64,000 nucleotides of DNA from an uncultured Oscillospiraceae bacterium (GCA_964492705.1 CAZBLS010000001.1:5281-69280), one strand, 5' to 3'. Counted from the first letter of the stretch, positions 48,542 through 57,866 are shown. Notes: generated from the letters alone by a model not told the origin. Translations and numbers: made by a program.

Positions 48542-48979
48542 TTATTTTTTGTTTCTTTTAAAAAATGCTCTCGCAAGTTCCCCTGCTGCGCGCACCGATT
48601 GGGGTTTTTCCGCTTCCGTACAGGGCAAAGGACCCTTTTTATAACTGAGTGCAGGTGCCGATTTAAGGGAATTAAGATAATCTTCTATTATTCTCTTTTT
48701 AACGTTTTCGTTGCCGTAAATATACTTTTCCAAAAATTCGCCGTCGGAAGCATAACTTTCTTCCGTGCGGTAATTTTCCGTCAGCACTTTTATAAGTGCA
48801 CTCTTTAATCCGTCACTGCCCGAAAGGGAAGCATCCTCCTCAAAGCAACGGCAGATACCGTCGGTAAATTTTTCGGCAATGGGATATTTTTTCAAAAATT
48901 CTTCCGCTTCTTTTGCCTCAAAATCTTCCTGCGGAATAAGTTCTTCCGCTTCTTTGATAATTTCCGTCAGTTCACTCAT
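48542..48979 (-). CDS. scaffolding-protein candidate
   Basis: 145 aa, acidic and helical, with a basic C-terminal helix (RAAGELARAFFKRNKK). It lies between portal and coat. No prohead protease is present. Confidence 0.4.
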   Translation of the reverse strand: MSELTEIIKEAEELIPQEDFEAKEAEEFLKKYPIAEKFTDGICRCFEEDASLSGSDGLKSALIKVLTENYRTEESYASDGEFLEKYIYGNENVKKRIIEDYLNSLKSAPALSYKKGPLPCTEAEKPQSVRAAGELARAFFKRNKK

Positions 48980-50795
48980 TTTGTTCCTCCTTTAACTTTT
49001 CTCTGTGAAGTCTTATATGTTCCTCAAAATGCGTATAAACGCTGTCGCTCGGCGAATGTGCCTCTTCAAACTCCTCACTCAAAAACGCTTTTGTATGTTC
49101 CGAAATATGTATTCCGTGATCGTCCGCATCCGAAATATTCGCATCTGCCCCGTCTTTGAGTTTCAGATTTTCCCTCTGCGCCCGAGCAACGTGAATTTCA
49201 CCGATATCCGCAACATTTTCCCAATCGCCCATTCCCAATGCACGCAGTATGCGACTTTTCATTCTTTGGGTCATATTGCCGTTTTCATCGGTAAAAAGAC
49301 CTTTTGAAGTAAGTTCGTAGATAAGTTGTCTGCGGTTGGAAATAGAATCCGACAGTTCGTTTTCCGTTTCGTGTACCACATCGTCTGCGGTAAGCATATT
49401 TGCCGACCAATATATTCTCGAAGCCTTTCCGTTAGCGCCCACCACTCTTTCTATTCTCGCCTCGCCTGCAAACTGCTTAAAAAGTCTGAGCCACTGGCGT
49501 GAAATTTCAAGCACCGCATCTCTTATTCTGTCGGCAGTCACCGCAAGGCGTGTATCATCCTGCTCGGCAATGGTATTCAGCGCCGTACCGCTTGTAACGT
49601 TCGTTGGCGCAACCGACTGTCTCATCAGGTCACTTGTGCCGGAAATCAAATTAAATTCTTCAAGCAGTGCAGTTTCTTCCCTTGCAAATTCCGAGGGAAT
49701 ATTCCCCGGATTCATCATTTCGGGTTTGCCTGCCCCCTGCCTGTAAATAATTATCTTGCCCGGTCGCAATCCGTTTTCGGTCAAGTCATCAATGTCCGCA
49801 GTGCCCTCTTCAACCGCCAACACCCCCACTGCCGAACGGCTCAACAGTTCGTGCATACGGTTGCGAACCGCATTGTACGCCCGCTGCACGGGTATACATC
49901 TTTCCACCACCGAGATACCCCATATACAGGCAGGCCTTGAAACGGAATTTTGTTGTACAAAAGGAAGTTTACGTGTATTTCCCTCGCCGTTAATATAGGG
50001 GAGTTCGCCATCATAAAGCAAACTTTCTCCGCACACCACCGCAAATCTGCCGTTTTTGTGTTTTTGCGACGGCATTTCGTAATATTCGAGAAGCAGTGCC
50101 GAATTTTCTCCGCCTGCGTTATCGGAAATTAAAGCACTGCTATACCCGAGTGTTTTTACGTCCTGTGGCTTAACGTCGCAATGCCACAGTTCATTTATAT
50201 AATCGCAGGAATAAACTTTTGCGTGGATAACCGAAAAGCATTGGCTTATGTCCTGTACGGCAGACGTATCGGGGTAAATTTCATAAGGAGGGCACACAGA
50301 GGAAAATATATCACCCTCTCTTATCTCTCTGCCGTCCGCCGAAACTCCCAAAAGCGTGCCTTTTGCCGTTATCCACCCTTGCTTATAGAACACCGTACCG
50401 CAAAGTTCCGACCAAACCGTCGCCTCTTTTATAACCGCATCCATTGAATTTCTTTCAAATGCCGATTTCAAAACGAGTGTGCTAACCTTTGCGCTTTGAG
50501 TATCCTCTTCGCTGTCCGTTGCAGGACGCACCCTGACAATGGGAAGTACTTTGTTCAGTTTTGCAAGTCTGCTTTCCACAATAGGTGCTATATGGTTATA
50601 AACTTCTCTCTCCTGCCACGCATACTGTTTCGGACAGGAAAATATTCTGCCTGCCTCGGGCAGAATCTCGCAATACTGATTGCCCGTGAAAAAGTTCATA
50701 TTAAGTTGCCACTGCAATTCGTATTTAAGCCTTTCTCGGCTTCTGCGTTCAAATTCTCTTTTTACGTAAGATACCGTTGTTTCTGTCTTTTTCAA
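48972..50795 (-). CDS. portal protein
   Basis: 607 aa, directly downstream of terL. TTG start behind GGAGGAA. The N-terminal W..N..F..G.QY...NHI.PIVE.R.AKL pattern is one I associate with portal proteins. Confidence 0.65.
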   Translation of the reverse strand: MKKTETTVSYVKREFERRSRERLKYELQWQLNMNFFTGNQYCEILPEAGRIFSCPKQYAWQEREVYNHIAPIVESRLAKLNKVLPIVRVRPATDSEEDTQSAKVSTLVLKSAFERNSMDAVIKEATVWSELCGTVFYKQGWITAKGTLLGVSADGREIREGDIFSSVCPPYEIYPDTSAVQDISQCFSVIHAKVYSCDYINELWHCDVKPQDVKTLGYSSALISDNAGGENSALLLEYYEMPSQKHKNGRFAVVCGESLLYDGELPYINGEGNTRKLPFVQQNSVSRPACIWGISVVERCIPVQRAYNAVRNRMHELLSRSAVGVLAVEEGTADIDDLTENGLRPGKIIIYRQGAGKPEMMNPGNIPSEFAREETALLEEFNLISGTSDLMRQSVAPTNVTSGTALNTIAEQDDTRLAVTADRIRDAVLEISRQWLRLFKQFAGEARIERVVGANGKASRIYWSANMLTADDVVHETENELSDSISNRRQLIYELTSKGLFTDENGNMTQRMKSRILRALGMGDWENVADIGEIHVARAQRENLKLKDGADANISDADDHGIHISEHTKAFLSEEFEEAHSPSDSVYTHFEEHIRLHREKLKEEQNE

Positions 50796-50811
50796 ATCAG
50801 TTCCTCCAAAA

Positions 50812-52218
50812 TCAAATACCGCTTACTATTTTTCTCCTCTCCCTCTCCCGAGGACTTATTTCCGCCTTTTCCTTTCTTTTCTCCGTCAGTGAAGCAATAT
50901 AGTACCTGAGTTCATCCATTGCGTGGTCGTCCCTTTTTACGGGAGATTCGCTGTTGCCGTAGCGATATCCCTTTATCTCCCTTATCATCTCCGTGCAGTT
51001 ACGGAATATAAAAATACGGGGCATATCGCTCCGTTTTGTAAAATACTGCTTTACTTTTTGTATTCCCGTCCACAGATTTTTGTTTACCCTCGTGTTTACG
51101 CATATTCCCATATCGAAAAACAGTTGGGCAACGCTCCTGTCCGATGCAAGTGTATGTTGCAAAGACGCCGAATCCATTAACGCTTCCGCTTTCCCCGAAA
51201 TTCCCTTTTTCCATCCCAGTTCCTCGCATTTTTTTAGTATCTCGTTACAGTGCCACCGAGCATCCTTGCCCGAAAAATAATGTTCCGCCAAAACGTATAC
51301 GTTCCCGTCTCCGTCCCGAGCATACCAATGGCAGGAAAGAGGATTTACAAGTCCGGGGTCGATAGACATAGTATCGTACCACTCTTTCGGCACGTCAAAC
51401 GGGTCTATAACGTGATAGTTTTCGTCAAACTCCCCGTATACAAGACCGCATCTGCTCATAAAATGTCCGTGCTCACGGCTTTCCCTTTCGCTTTCGGGCA
51501 AGGTTTTTCTTAACATTTCCGTCTCTTTTTCGTTTAAATACGGATTATCGCTCCAACTCATCACCGTGTACCAACATTCGGGGTCATTATTCTGATTCAT
51601 ATAAATATCGTCGTGCACCCAAGTAAGCCCCATAAGAGGCGTCATCGTCCCCCAAATTTCACCGCAGGTATCAAGCACTCGCATACGGCACTCGTCATAA
51701 ATATCTTTCGGAGGTTCTTCGTCAAACCATATCCAATCTTGGCTCGTACCCTGAAAACGCTGTCTGCCTTGGTCGCAACTCTTAAAGCCTATCTGCGAAA
51801 CCGTGCCGAACACGTTTTTTATGAGAATAAAATCTATCACGCCGTTTTCGGGACTGTCTTCACTGCCCCGTCGCATAACGGTTTTTTCGATCCAGTTTTT
51901 TGGTATGTAAGAAAGCAGTTTTTCCTGCGCCACATCACGCTGAACTTCCTGCGTTAAACTTACCACCCACCCCTTTGTGGCGCCCGTTATTTTTCTGTAC
52001 GGATGTATGCCCCGTGCAAACCATACCGCTTCCACCGCTCCGCACTCTGTCTTGCCCGTTCTGTTTCCGCCGAACACCCACCTGTTGCGCTTTTTGCATT
52101 TATGGAATTCCATTTGTTTTTTATGCACTTTTGTCAAATTGTACCCAGCAAGTTTAAACAGTTGCGGTGAAGAGCGCATCTTTTCATCTATCTTCTTTAA
52201 GCAGTCTTTTTCGCTCAA
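50812..52218 (-). CDS. terL: terminase large subunit
   Basis: Walker A-like GGNRTGKTE and Walker B-like WIWFDEEP, with a C-terminal nuclease-like half (IDPG..., DHAMDELRY). Start is TTG 52218 or ATG 52179. Confidence 0.85.
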   Translation of the reverse strand: MSEKDCLKKIDEKMRSSPQLFKLAGYNLTKVHKKQMEFHKCKKRNRWVFGGNRTGKTECGAVEAVWFARGIHPYRKITGATKGWVVSLTQEVQRDVAQEKLLSYIPKNWIEKTVMRRGSEDSPENGVIDFILIKNVFGTVSQIGFKSCDQGRQRFQGTSQDWIWFDEEPPKDIYDECRMRVLDTCGEIWGTMTPLMGLTWVHDDIYMNQNNDPECWYTVMSWSDNPYLNEKETEMLRKTLPESERESREHGHFMSRCGLVYGEFDENYHVIDPFDVPKEWYDTMSIDPGLVNPLSCHWYARDGDGNVYVLAEHYFSGKDARWHCNEILKKCEELGWKKGISGKAEALMDSASLQHTLASDRSVAQLFFDMGICVNTRVNKNLWTGIQKVKQYFTKRSDMPRIFIFRNCTEMIREIKGYRYGNSESPVKRDDHAMDELRYYIASLTEKRKEKAEISPRERERRKIVSGI

Positions 52219-52637
52219 TCAGCATTGCCCTCGCTTCCTCCACGGTAAGTTCGCTTTCCGTCTCCTTTTTTATTTCCGCCGTATCAAGCCACCACTTTAT
52301 GGCATTAAGGTCAGGCGGAACGTCTTTTTTTACGGTCTTTTTTATTACCTGTTCGTCTTCCATTACACCGTCGCTGTTTTTCTTTCCCTTAAACTCACAA
52401 GTCTCCTCCTGTGCGGTATATCCGACGCTTAAAAAACGCTTTCATAACCTTTGCCGAAGACGTCTTTCCCGAAGAAAGTGCCTCGTCAAGTTCAGTCTTT
52501 TCCCGTCGGTATTTTTTCAAAGTTTTCTCGCTTACACCCAAAAACTCCGCTATTTCCCTTTCGCTTTTTCCGCAAAAAGCAAGCATTTCCGCCTGCTTTA
52601 AATGGGGAAGTATCTTTTTCTCATACGTACCGCTCAT
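52184..52637 (-). pseudogene. terS: terminase small subunit, apparently frameshifted
   Basis: The HTH N-terminal part (SEREIAEFLGVSEKTLKKYRRE) ends at TGA 52397-52395. A second frame is open from 52442 to TGA 52186-52184 and encodes GYTAQEETCEFKGKKNSDGV...KKDVPPDLNAIKWWLDTAE, a typical TerS continuation. The frames overlap around a T6 run at 52431-52436. Confidence 0.5.
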
Positions 52638-52671
52638 TCTTTCACCTGCCTTTTCTCTCCCCTGCACTTTC

Positions 52672-52680
52672 AGTATAGCA
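52672..52680 (-). promoter_or_regulatory. extended -10 element upstream of the phage-derived operon
   Basis: Minus strand TGcTATACT, about 35 nt upstream of the terS ATG. There is no good -35. Confidence 0.35.
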
Positions 52681-52785
52681 TTTCTTCCGCAAAATTCATA
52701 TTTCTATGGGACACATTTTTACGTTAAAGCGACACTTTTTTTATTTTTCCCGTTTTATAATCGCAAAAAAGGAGTGTCACTGATT

Positions 52786-55017
52786 ATGAAAAGAAATTTG
52801 AAAAAATACTTACGTTTCGCATTGCTTATACTGTCAGGGTTTCTTTCTGCGCAAATAAGTTTCGTTACGGGAATTTATCCTTTCGGTATTGCTCTGCTTT
52901 GCACGTTGGGACTTTCCCAAGAGTTTTTCTGCGTTTTTGTGGGATGTATTTCGGGCAGTGCCGTACTCGCACATAATTTACCGCAAATTCTCTTTTATCT
53001 TTTGCCCTACGCCTTAATTTTGCCCGAACTCCTTGTTTTGAATAAATTTTTCAAGCAAAAACTCCTCTTCTTTTCTCTTTCGGCTTTTTTGTCTTTCCTC
53101 ATTCCCGCACTGACCGTTCCCGTAGCCGTAAGCGAAAAACTTACTTTCGTTTTTACGGGAATAATTTCCGCTTTTCTTTTGCCCTTACTTAAAAGACTGT
53201 ACACCGTATTCGAAGAAATAGGTGACCGTTTCTCCCTTGAAAATGCCGACGTTCTCGCCCTGTGCCTTGTGGGCGGACTTGCCGTCTCATCACTGCCCCG
53301 TTTGCGTATATTTTCCTTTGACCTGTGCATTTTTGCACTGCTTGCCACCTCCGCCCTTGCAGTTACCGCCTATTCCGTGTCCGGCAGTATTTGGTCTTCC
53401 GTGTGCGGTATTATCTGGATAATAAAGGGCGGTGATACCTGCATTGCCCTTTGCCTTATTTCGGGAGGACTTATTTCGGGACTGCTGGAAAGTAAGCGCG
53501 GCGGAATACTCTTGGGATTTATTCTCGGAGACCTTACGGTTACACTGTTTTTATTTAATTCCCCTGCCCTATCATTGGGAGCGGTAAATATTCTTTTAGG
53601 TTGCGGATACACCGTATTTTTAAGCAAGAAATTCTGTGAACGGTTGCGCCGTCTTGCAGGCAAAAATTCGGGCGTTACCGATACCGAAATGATGTATCTG
53701 AACGAACTGCGCACAAAACAGCAGGACAAACTCCGCAGTGCGGGAAGAATGTACGGCGAGATCGCAAACACCTTTATTTCCGCCTCCCACGAGCGGTATA
53801 TGAAAGACTCCCTGATTTCTTCCGCACGGGAAGTTTGCAAGAACTGCGTAAAACGGGAATACTGCGAAAACGCACGGGGTAGCGATACACTGTCGGAGTT
53901 TACTTTTCTATCCGAAGAAATCATTGACAGACACAAAATAACTTCTTTGCCCGACTCCTTAAACGCCCGTTGCCTGCAACCGATAAATATAATTTCCGCC
54001 CTTAATTCCGCCTACCGCACTTTCAGCCGTGCCATTGACGAAAGCGGTGAAAACGAAACGGCACTTCAATTAAAAAGCATAAGCGAACTGCTTTTTTCCC
54101 TTGCGGAGAGTATGGACGAGTTACCCGAGTTTGACAAAGAAAAAGAACGTCAGGTTCGTGACGTTCTCTCATCTAAAATATACGGAATAACAGGCGTTTT
54201 CTGTAAAAGAAAAGGTGACGGGCATTTGCTTGAAATCTCCGCAAAGAAAAATTTCAGAGGCATAAAAGAAGATATTGCATCCGCCTTGACCGACGGTTTT
54301 TCCCGTACATATCGCTGTTTAAGCGGAGGAACCGATAAAAAGGGAGGATTTACGGGGATTTTCGCACCTGCGCCTAAATTTTCGGTAGATGCCTTTGCTT
54401 TAAGGGAAAACAGGCAGGGCGAAGAAGTATGCGGAGATTCTTTTACCGTAAAAAACGTGGGTAACGAACATTATCTTGCCGCCATAAGCGACGGTGCAGG
54501 CAGCGGAAAACGCGCAAAAGCGAAAAGTGAAAGTGCCCTTGACCTGTTGGAAGCCTTTTCCGAAACGGGAATAAGCAGAAAGGAAACTTTTAAGGCAATG
54601 AACCGTCTTCTCCTTTCCAAAAGCACTCCCGAAGAATATTCCACCGTGGACGTTGCCGAACTCGACCTTGAAAACGGCATACTCTATTGGACAAAGATAG
54701 GTGCCGTACCGGGCTATCTGCTCCGTTGCGGAAAAGTGGAAAAGATAGGTTCGGGCGCACTGCCTATCGGCATAGTTTCCCGCATCAACCCCTCCACGGT
54801 AAAAAAACTGTTGCAAAACGGCGATGTTTTGGTTCTTGTTTCCGACGGCGTCTATGACGGGCTTTGCAACGGAAAAAGCGACAAAATCACTTCAATATTG
54901 CCCTCCCTTGCGGATTTTTCTCCCGAGAAGACCGCAAACGCAATTATGGCAAAAGCCAATGAGTCGGGAAGTGATGACGACAAAACGGTAATGGTTCTGA
55001 AAGTAAGATCCGCATAA
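52786..55017 (+). CDS. spoIIE: stage II sporulation protein E (PP2C phosphatase)
   Basis: ATG 52786 behind AAGGAG. About 10 N-terminal TM helices, central region, and a C-terminal PP2C/SpoIIE domain (GDSFTV...AISDGAGSG...SDGVYD...DDKTVMVLK). The ORF-track 5' extension overlaps terS and is unsupported. Confidence 0.85.
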   Translation: MKRNLKKYLRFALLILSGFLSAQISFVTGIYPFGIALLCTLGLSQEFFCVFVGCISGSAVLAHNLPQILFYLLPYALILPELLVLNKFFKQKLLFFSLSAFLSFLIPALTVPVAVSEKLTFVFTGIISAFLLPLLKRLYTVFEEIGDRFSLENADVLALCLVGGLAVSSLPRLRIFSFDLCIFALLATSALAVTAYSVSGSIWSSVCGIIWIIKGGDTCIALCLISGGLISGLLESKRGGILLGFILGDLTVTLFLFNSPALSLGAVNILLGCGYTVFLSKKFCERLRRLAGKNSGVTDTEMMYLNELRTKQQDKLRSAGRMYGEIANTFISASHERYMKDSLISSAREVCKNCVKREYCENARGSDTLSEFTFLSEEIIDRHKITSLPDSLNARCLQPINIISALNSAYRTFSRAIDESGENETALQLKSISELLFSLAESMDELPEFDKEKERQVRDVLSSKIYGITGVFCKRKGDGHLLEISAKKNFRGIKEDIASALTDGFSRTYRCLSGGTDKKGGFTGIFAPAPKFSVDAFALRENRQGEEVCGDSFTVKNVGNEHYLAAISDGAGSGKRAKAKSESALDLLEAFSETGISRKETFKAMNRLLLSKSTPEEYSTVDVAELDLENGILYWTKIGAVPGYLLRCGKVEKIGSGALPIGIVSRINPSTVKKLLQNGDVLVLVSDGVYDGLCNGKSDKITSILPSLADFSPEKTANAIMAKANESGSDDDKTVMVLKVRSA

Positions 55018-55082
55018 CTTTCATTTGACTTATCTGTGATTTGGTATTATCATATTAAAAAACTTTTCGGAGGATTTTTTAT

Positions 55083-55805
55083 ATGAAATTACGTGTGATG
55101 ACGTACAATGTACAACATTTTAAGCATTATTATTCGGAAGATTGGGATTCTACCGAATTTGATATGTTTGCCGAGTATCTTACAAAAAAGAACCCCGACA
55201 TCGTTGGAATGAATGAAGTACGGGGTAAGGGCAATCATCCATCATATACCGACCAAACGGGCACGGTATCCGAAAAAGCAGGTTATGCAAATTCATTTTT
55301 CGCACCTGCCGTTATGCTTTACGGCACCGAACCTTACGGCAATGCTTTAATGTCTCATCTGCCTTTTTCCGCAAGCAACGTCCCTATTCCCATTCCCGAG
55401 GGCAAAACAGAAGCCGAATGCGAACCCCGTTGCGTTATCCGTGCGGATTACACCGTAAACGGAAAACCTCTTACCGTCCTCGACTCTCACTTCGGTCTTT
55501 CCGATGAAGAAGCACGCCTTGCGGTAAAAACCGTTTGCGATATTGCCGACTCCGTTTCAAATCCGATAATTCTTATGGGCGATTTCAACCTCACTCCCGA
55601 TTCGCCTATTTTGCTTCCGCTCCGTGAACGCTTTTCCGATAGCGAGGAACTGTTGCCCCAAGACAACCGCTATACGTTCCCCTCGTACAAGCCCGACTGT
55701 AAGATCGATTATATCTTCGTACGCGGTGCGAAAGTAAACCGTGCCGATATTTACGTGGACGTACTTTCCGACCACTGCCCTATGGAAATAGAGATTGAGA
55801 TTTAA
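55083..55805 (+). CDS. endonuclease/exonuclease/phosphatase (EEP) family protein
   Basis: MTYNVQHF, GMNEV, GDFN and SDHCP motifs. Confidence 0.7.
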   Translation: MKLRVMTYNVQHFKHYYSEDWDSTEFDMFAEYLTKKNPDIVGMNEVRGKGNHPSYTDQTGTVSEKAGYANSFFAPAVMLYGTEPYGNALMSHLPFSASNVPIPIPEGKTEAECEPRCVIRADYTVNGKPLTVLDSHFGLSDEEARLAVKTVCDIADSVSNPIILMGDFNLTPDSPILLPLRERFSDSEELLPQDNRYTFPSYKPDCKIDYIFVRGAKVNRADIYVDVLSDHCPMEIEIEI

Positions 55806-55985
55806 AACCTTGCTTTTCGGTTTTCTTCAAACACCCGACCGCAAGATTGACTGTATCTCCGTCCGCAGAGTAAAAATTCTCGGAATAACTACCTTGTGCG
55901 CATTGTAAAAACGTATAATAAAAGTGCCTTTTACAGATATTCGCAACTCACTCTTTCACTCCACTGTTCTACAAAGCAAAAATCA

Positions 55986-56026
55986 ACAGCCCTGCAAGTT
56001 TTCACGCTTACAGGGCTGTTTTTATG
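55986..56026. terminator. bidirectional terminator
   Basis: ACAGCCCTG-16 nt-CAGGGCTGT with TTTTTAT on plus and TGATTTTTG on minus. Confidence 0.6.
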
Positions 56027-56489
56027 TTATTTCTTTAAATTCGGGATAGATTTTCCCGTCTTTTATATTTATAATGCAATAGGTAGGTTTGTAGCCGTTT
56101 TTAGGTTTTCCCACCGAACCGGAATTTACAAACAGCCGTCCGTCTATCCAATCAGCCGACGGAATATGCGAATGCCCGTAAAGCACTATATCCGCACCGA
56201 TTTTTTCCGCATATGAACGCAATGCCCCAAGTCCCGTTTTTACGCCGAAAGTATGCCCGTGCAGTGCAAGCACTTTTAAATTATCCGCATAAAAAACGAC
56301 TTCGTTTTCGCCGAAATAATCGCAATTTCCCCTAACGGTATATATTTTGCCCCTAAAAACGCTATGCAGGTCTTCTTTATCTCTGTCGCCGTCACCGCAG
56401 TGCACGGTAATATCGCATTGTTCGCACAAACTTAAAAACCGCCCGAAGTCGGCACAGTTGTGGCTGTCGCTCAATACCGCTATCTTCAC
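56022..56489 (-). CDS. YfcE/MJ0936-family metallophosphoesterase
   Basis: LSDSHN, HCGDG, GNCD and HGH motifs. 155 aa. Confidence 0.8.
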   Translation of the reverse strand: MKIAVLSDSHNCADFGRFLSLCEQCDITVHCGDGDRDKEDLHSVFRGKIYTVRGNCDYFGENEVVFYADNLKVLALHGHTFGVKTGLGALRSYAEKIGADIVLYGHSHIPSADWIDGRLFVNSGSVGKPKNGYKPTYCIINIKDGKIYPEFKEIT

Positions 56490-57076
56490 AGTTTTTCCGC
56501 CAAGAGCCTGAGTGCTTTGCCCCTATGGCTCAACCCGTTCTTTTCTTCTTCGCTCATCTGCGCCGAAGTTTTGTTTTTTTCGGGAACATAAAACAGCGAA
56601 TCGTACCCGAACCCGTTTTCGCCTGCTTCCGAAAATGCGATTTGTCCGTAAAAACGTCCCTCGGCGGTAACGTCTCTTCCGTCGGGAAAAGTAACTGCAA
56701 CGGCACAGGCAAAGTACGCACTTCTGTCCGCCATATCCTTAACGTCTTTAAGTTCTTCAAGCAACTTATCTCTATTTGCCTTGTCGCTTGCGTTTTCGCC
56801 GTCCTTCGAAGCATATCTTGCCGAATATATCCCCGGTGCACCGCCCAGCGCATCTACGCATATTCCGCTGTCGTCGGCAAGTGCGATTTCGCCTGTAAGT
56901 TCGGTTATCTCCCGAGCCTTTTTCAGTGCGTTTGAAACAAAATCCTCACCGTCCTCTTCGGTTTCGTGGCAAATATTCGCTTCACGCAAAGTGACGATTT
57001 CGTCAAACCTATCTCCCAATATCTGTTTAATTTCCCTGACTTTATGTTCATTGTTTGTTGCAAGAATTATTTTCAT
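56486..57076 (-). CDS. rdgB: XTP/dITP diphosphatase (RdgB/HAM1)
   Basis: ILATNNEHKVRE and FGYDSLF motifs. Preferred ATG at 57076 (AAGGAGA 7 nt upstream). Confidence 0.9.
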   Translation of the reverse strand: MKIILATNNEHKVREIKQILGDRFDEIVTLREANICHETEEDGEDFVSNALKKAREITELTGEIALADDSGICVDALGGAPGIYSARYASKDGENASDKANRDKLLEELKDVKDMADRSAYFACAVAVTFPDGRDVTAEGRFYGQIAFSEAGENGFGYDSLFYVPEKNKTSAQMSEEEKNGLSHRGKALRLLAEKL

Positions 57077-57152
57077 ATTCATTTCTCCTTTTCACAGACA
57101 GTATTATATGATATAATTGCACTAACAGTCAAGAATAATCGAGGGTATATAA

Positions 57153-57848
57153 ATGAATTTTTTCGAACGGATAATCTTTCCTTGGGATGCGTGCTGTGTC
57201 TGCTGTCGCAGTGAAAAGGTGTATAAATACGGTTTTTGCGAAAACTGCTATAATTCTCTTGAAGACTTTGAAGACGAACGCTGTCCCATATGTCTTGACA
57301 GAGTGAACACAAAAGGTCTGTGTTCTGCCTGTTTAAAGGAGCGTCCCGAATACGAAAAACTGTATTCGGCAAAGGTTTACGGCGGAAGCATAAAAAATCT
57401 CCTGCATTTATTCAAGTATCACAACGCCCGTTATTTAAAGCATCCTCTTGCCCTTTTAATGCTTGATTCCGTTCCCAAAGAAGTTTTGGATGAAATTACA
57501 GCAGTCGTGCCCGTTGCTTCCAATAAGGAAAGAATAAAGACTTACGGATATAATCAGGCACTGCTTTTGGCAAAGGAATTTTCTTCTCTGTGCGGAAAGA
57601 AAGTTATGCCCGTTTTGCGCAAACACTCCTCCAAAACCAATATGCATATGCTAAATAAAGCCGAAAGGCGCAAGAATATTAAGGGACTTTATTTTGTTGA
57701 AGGCTCTATTTCGGGTGAAACCGTACTTTTAACAGACGATATTTGCACTACCGGCGAAACGCTCCGTTCCTGTGCTCACTTATTAAAGCGTGCAGGTGCC
57801 GAAAAAGTTTATGCCCTTACCGTCGCCAGAGACGATATAAAAAAATAA
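57153..57848 (+). CDS. comFC: ComF-family phosphoribosyltransferase-like protein
   Basis: N-terminal paired CxxC Zn-ribbon (CVCC...C.NC, CPIC...CSAC) and C-terminal PRT motif VLLTDDICTTGETL. Confidence 0.75.
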   Translation: MNFFERIIFPWDACCVCCRSEKVYKYGFCENCYNSLEDFEDERCPICLDRVNTKGLCSACLKERPEYEKLYSAKVYGGSIKNLLHLFKYHNARYLKHPLALLMLDSVPKEVLDEITAVVPVASNKERIKTYGYNQALLLAKEFSSLCGKKVMPVLRKHSSKTNMHMLNKAERRKNIKGLYFVEGSISGETVLLTDDICTTGETLRSCAHLLKRAGAEKVYALTVARDDIKK

Positions 57849-57866
57849 ATTTGATGGGCAGAATTT

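Larger units (their letters stand above)
43886..52667 (-). mobile_element. phage-derived head/neck morphogenesis block lacking integration, replication, lysis and tail-fibre functions
   Basis: Ten co-directional genes: terS, terL, portal, scaffold-like, coat and five distal structural ORFs. They have strong RBSs and 4-nt overlaps. The block is flanked directly by a GT2 gene (2-nt gap) and by spoIIE. Confidence 0.65.

Noticed and set aside
43886-52667. Interpretation as a complete, inducible prophage
   Set aside because: There is no integrase, repressor, replication, lysis or tail-fibre genes. There are no att-like direct repeats that I could see. Both flanks are immediately occupied by chromosomal genes.
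52411-52785. 5' extension making the spoIIE ORF 868 aa
   Set aside because: The extension overlaps the terS gene on the opposite strand and has no RBS. A good AAGGAG-ATG start at 52786 gives the expected N-terminal TM-helix start of SpoIIE.
55806-56021. 215-bp ORF-free spacer with TTGACT-18-TAAAAA (55847-55876) and a strong bidirectional terminator. I considered it as an sRNA locus.
   Set aside because: The promoter match is weak. The terminator is fully explained by the two convergent protein genes. No conserved structure could be recognised by eye, so there is not enough evidence to call an RNA gene.
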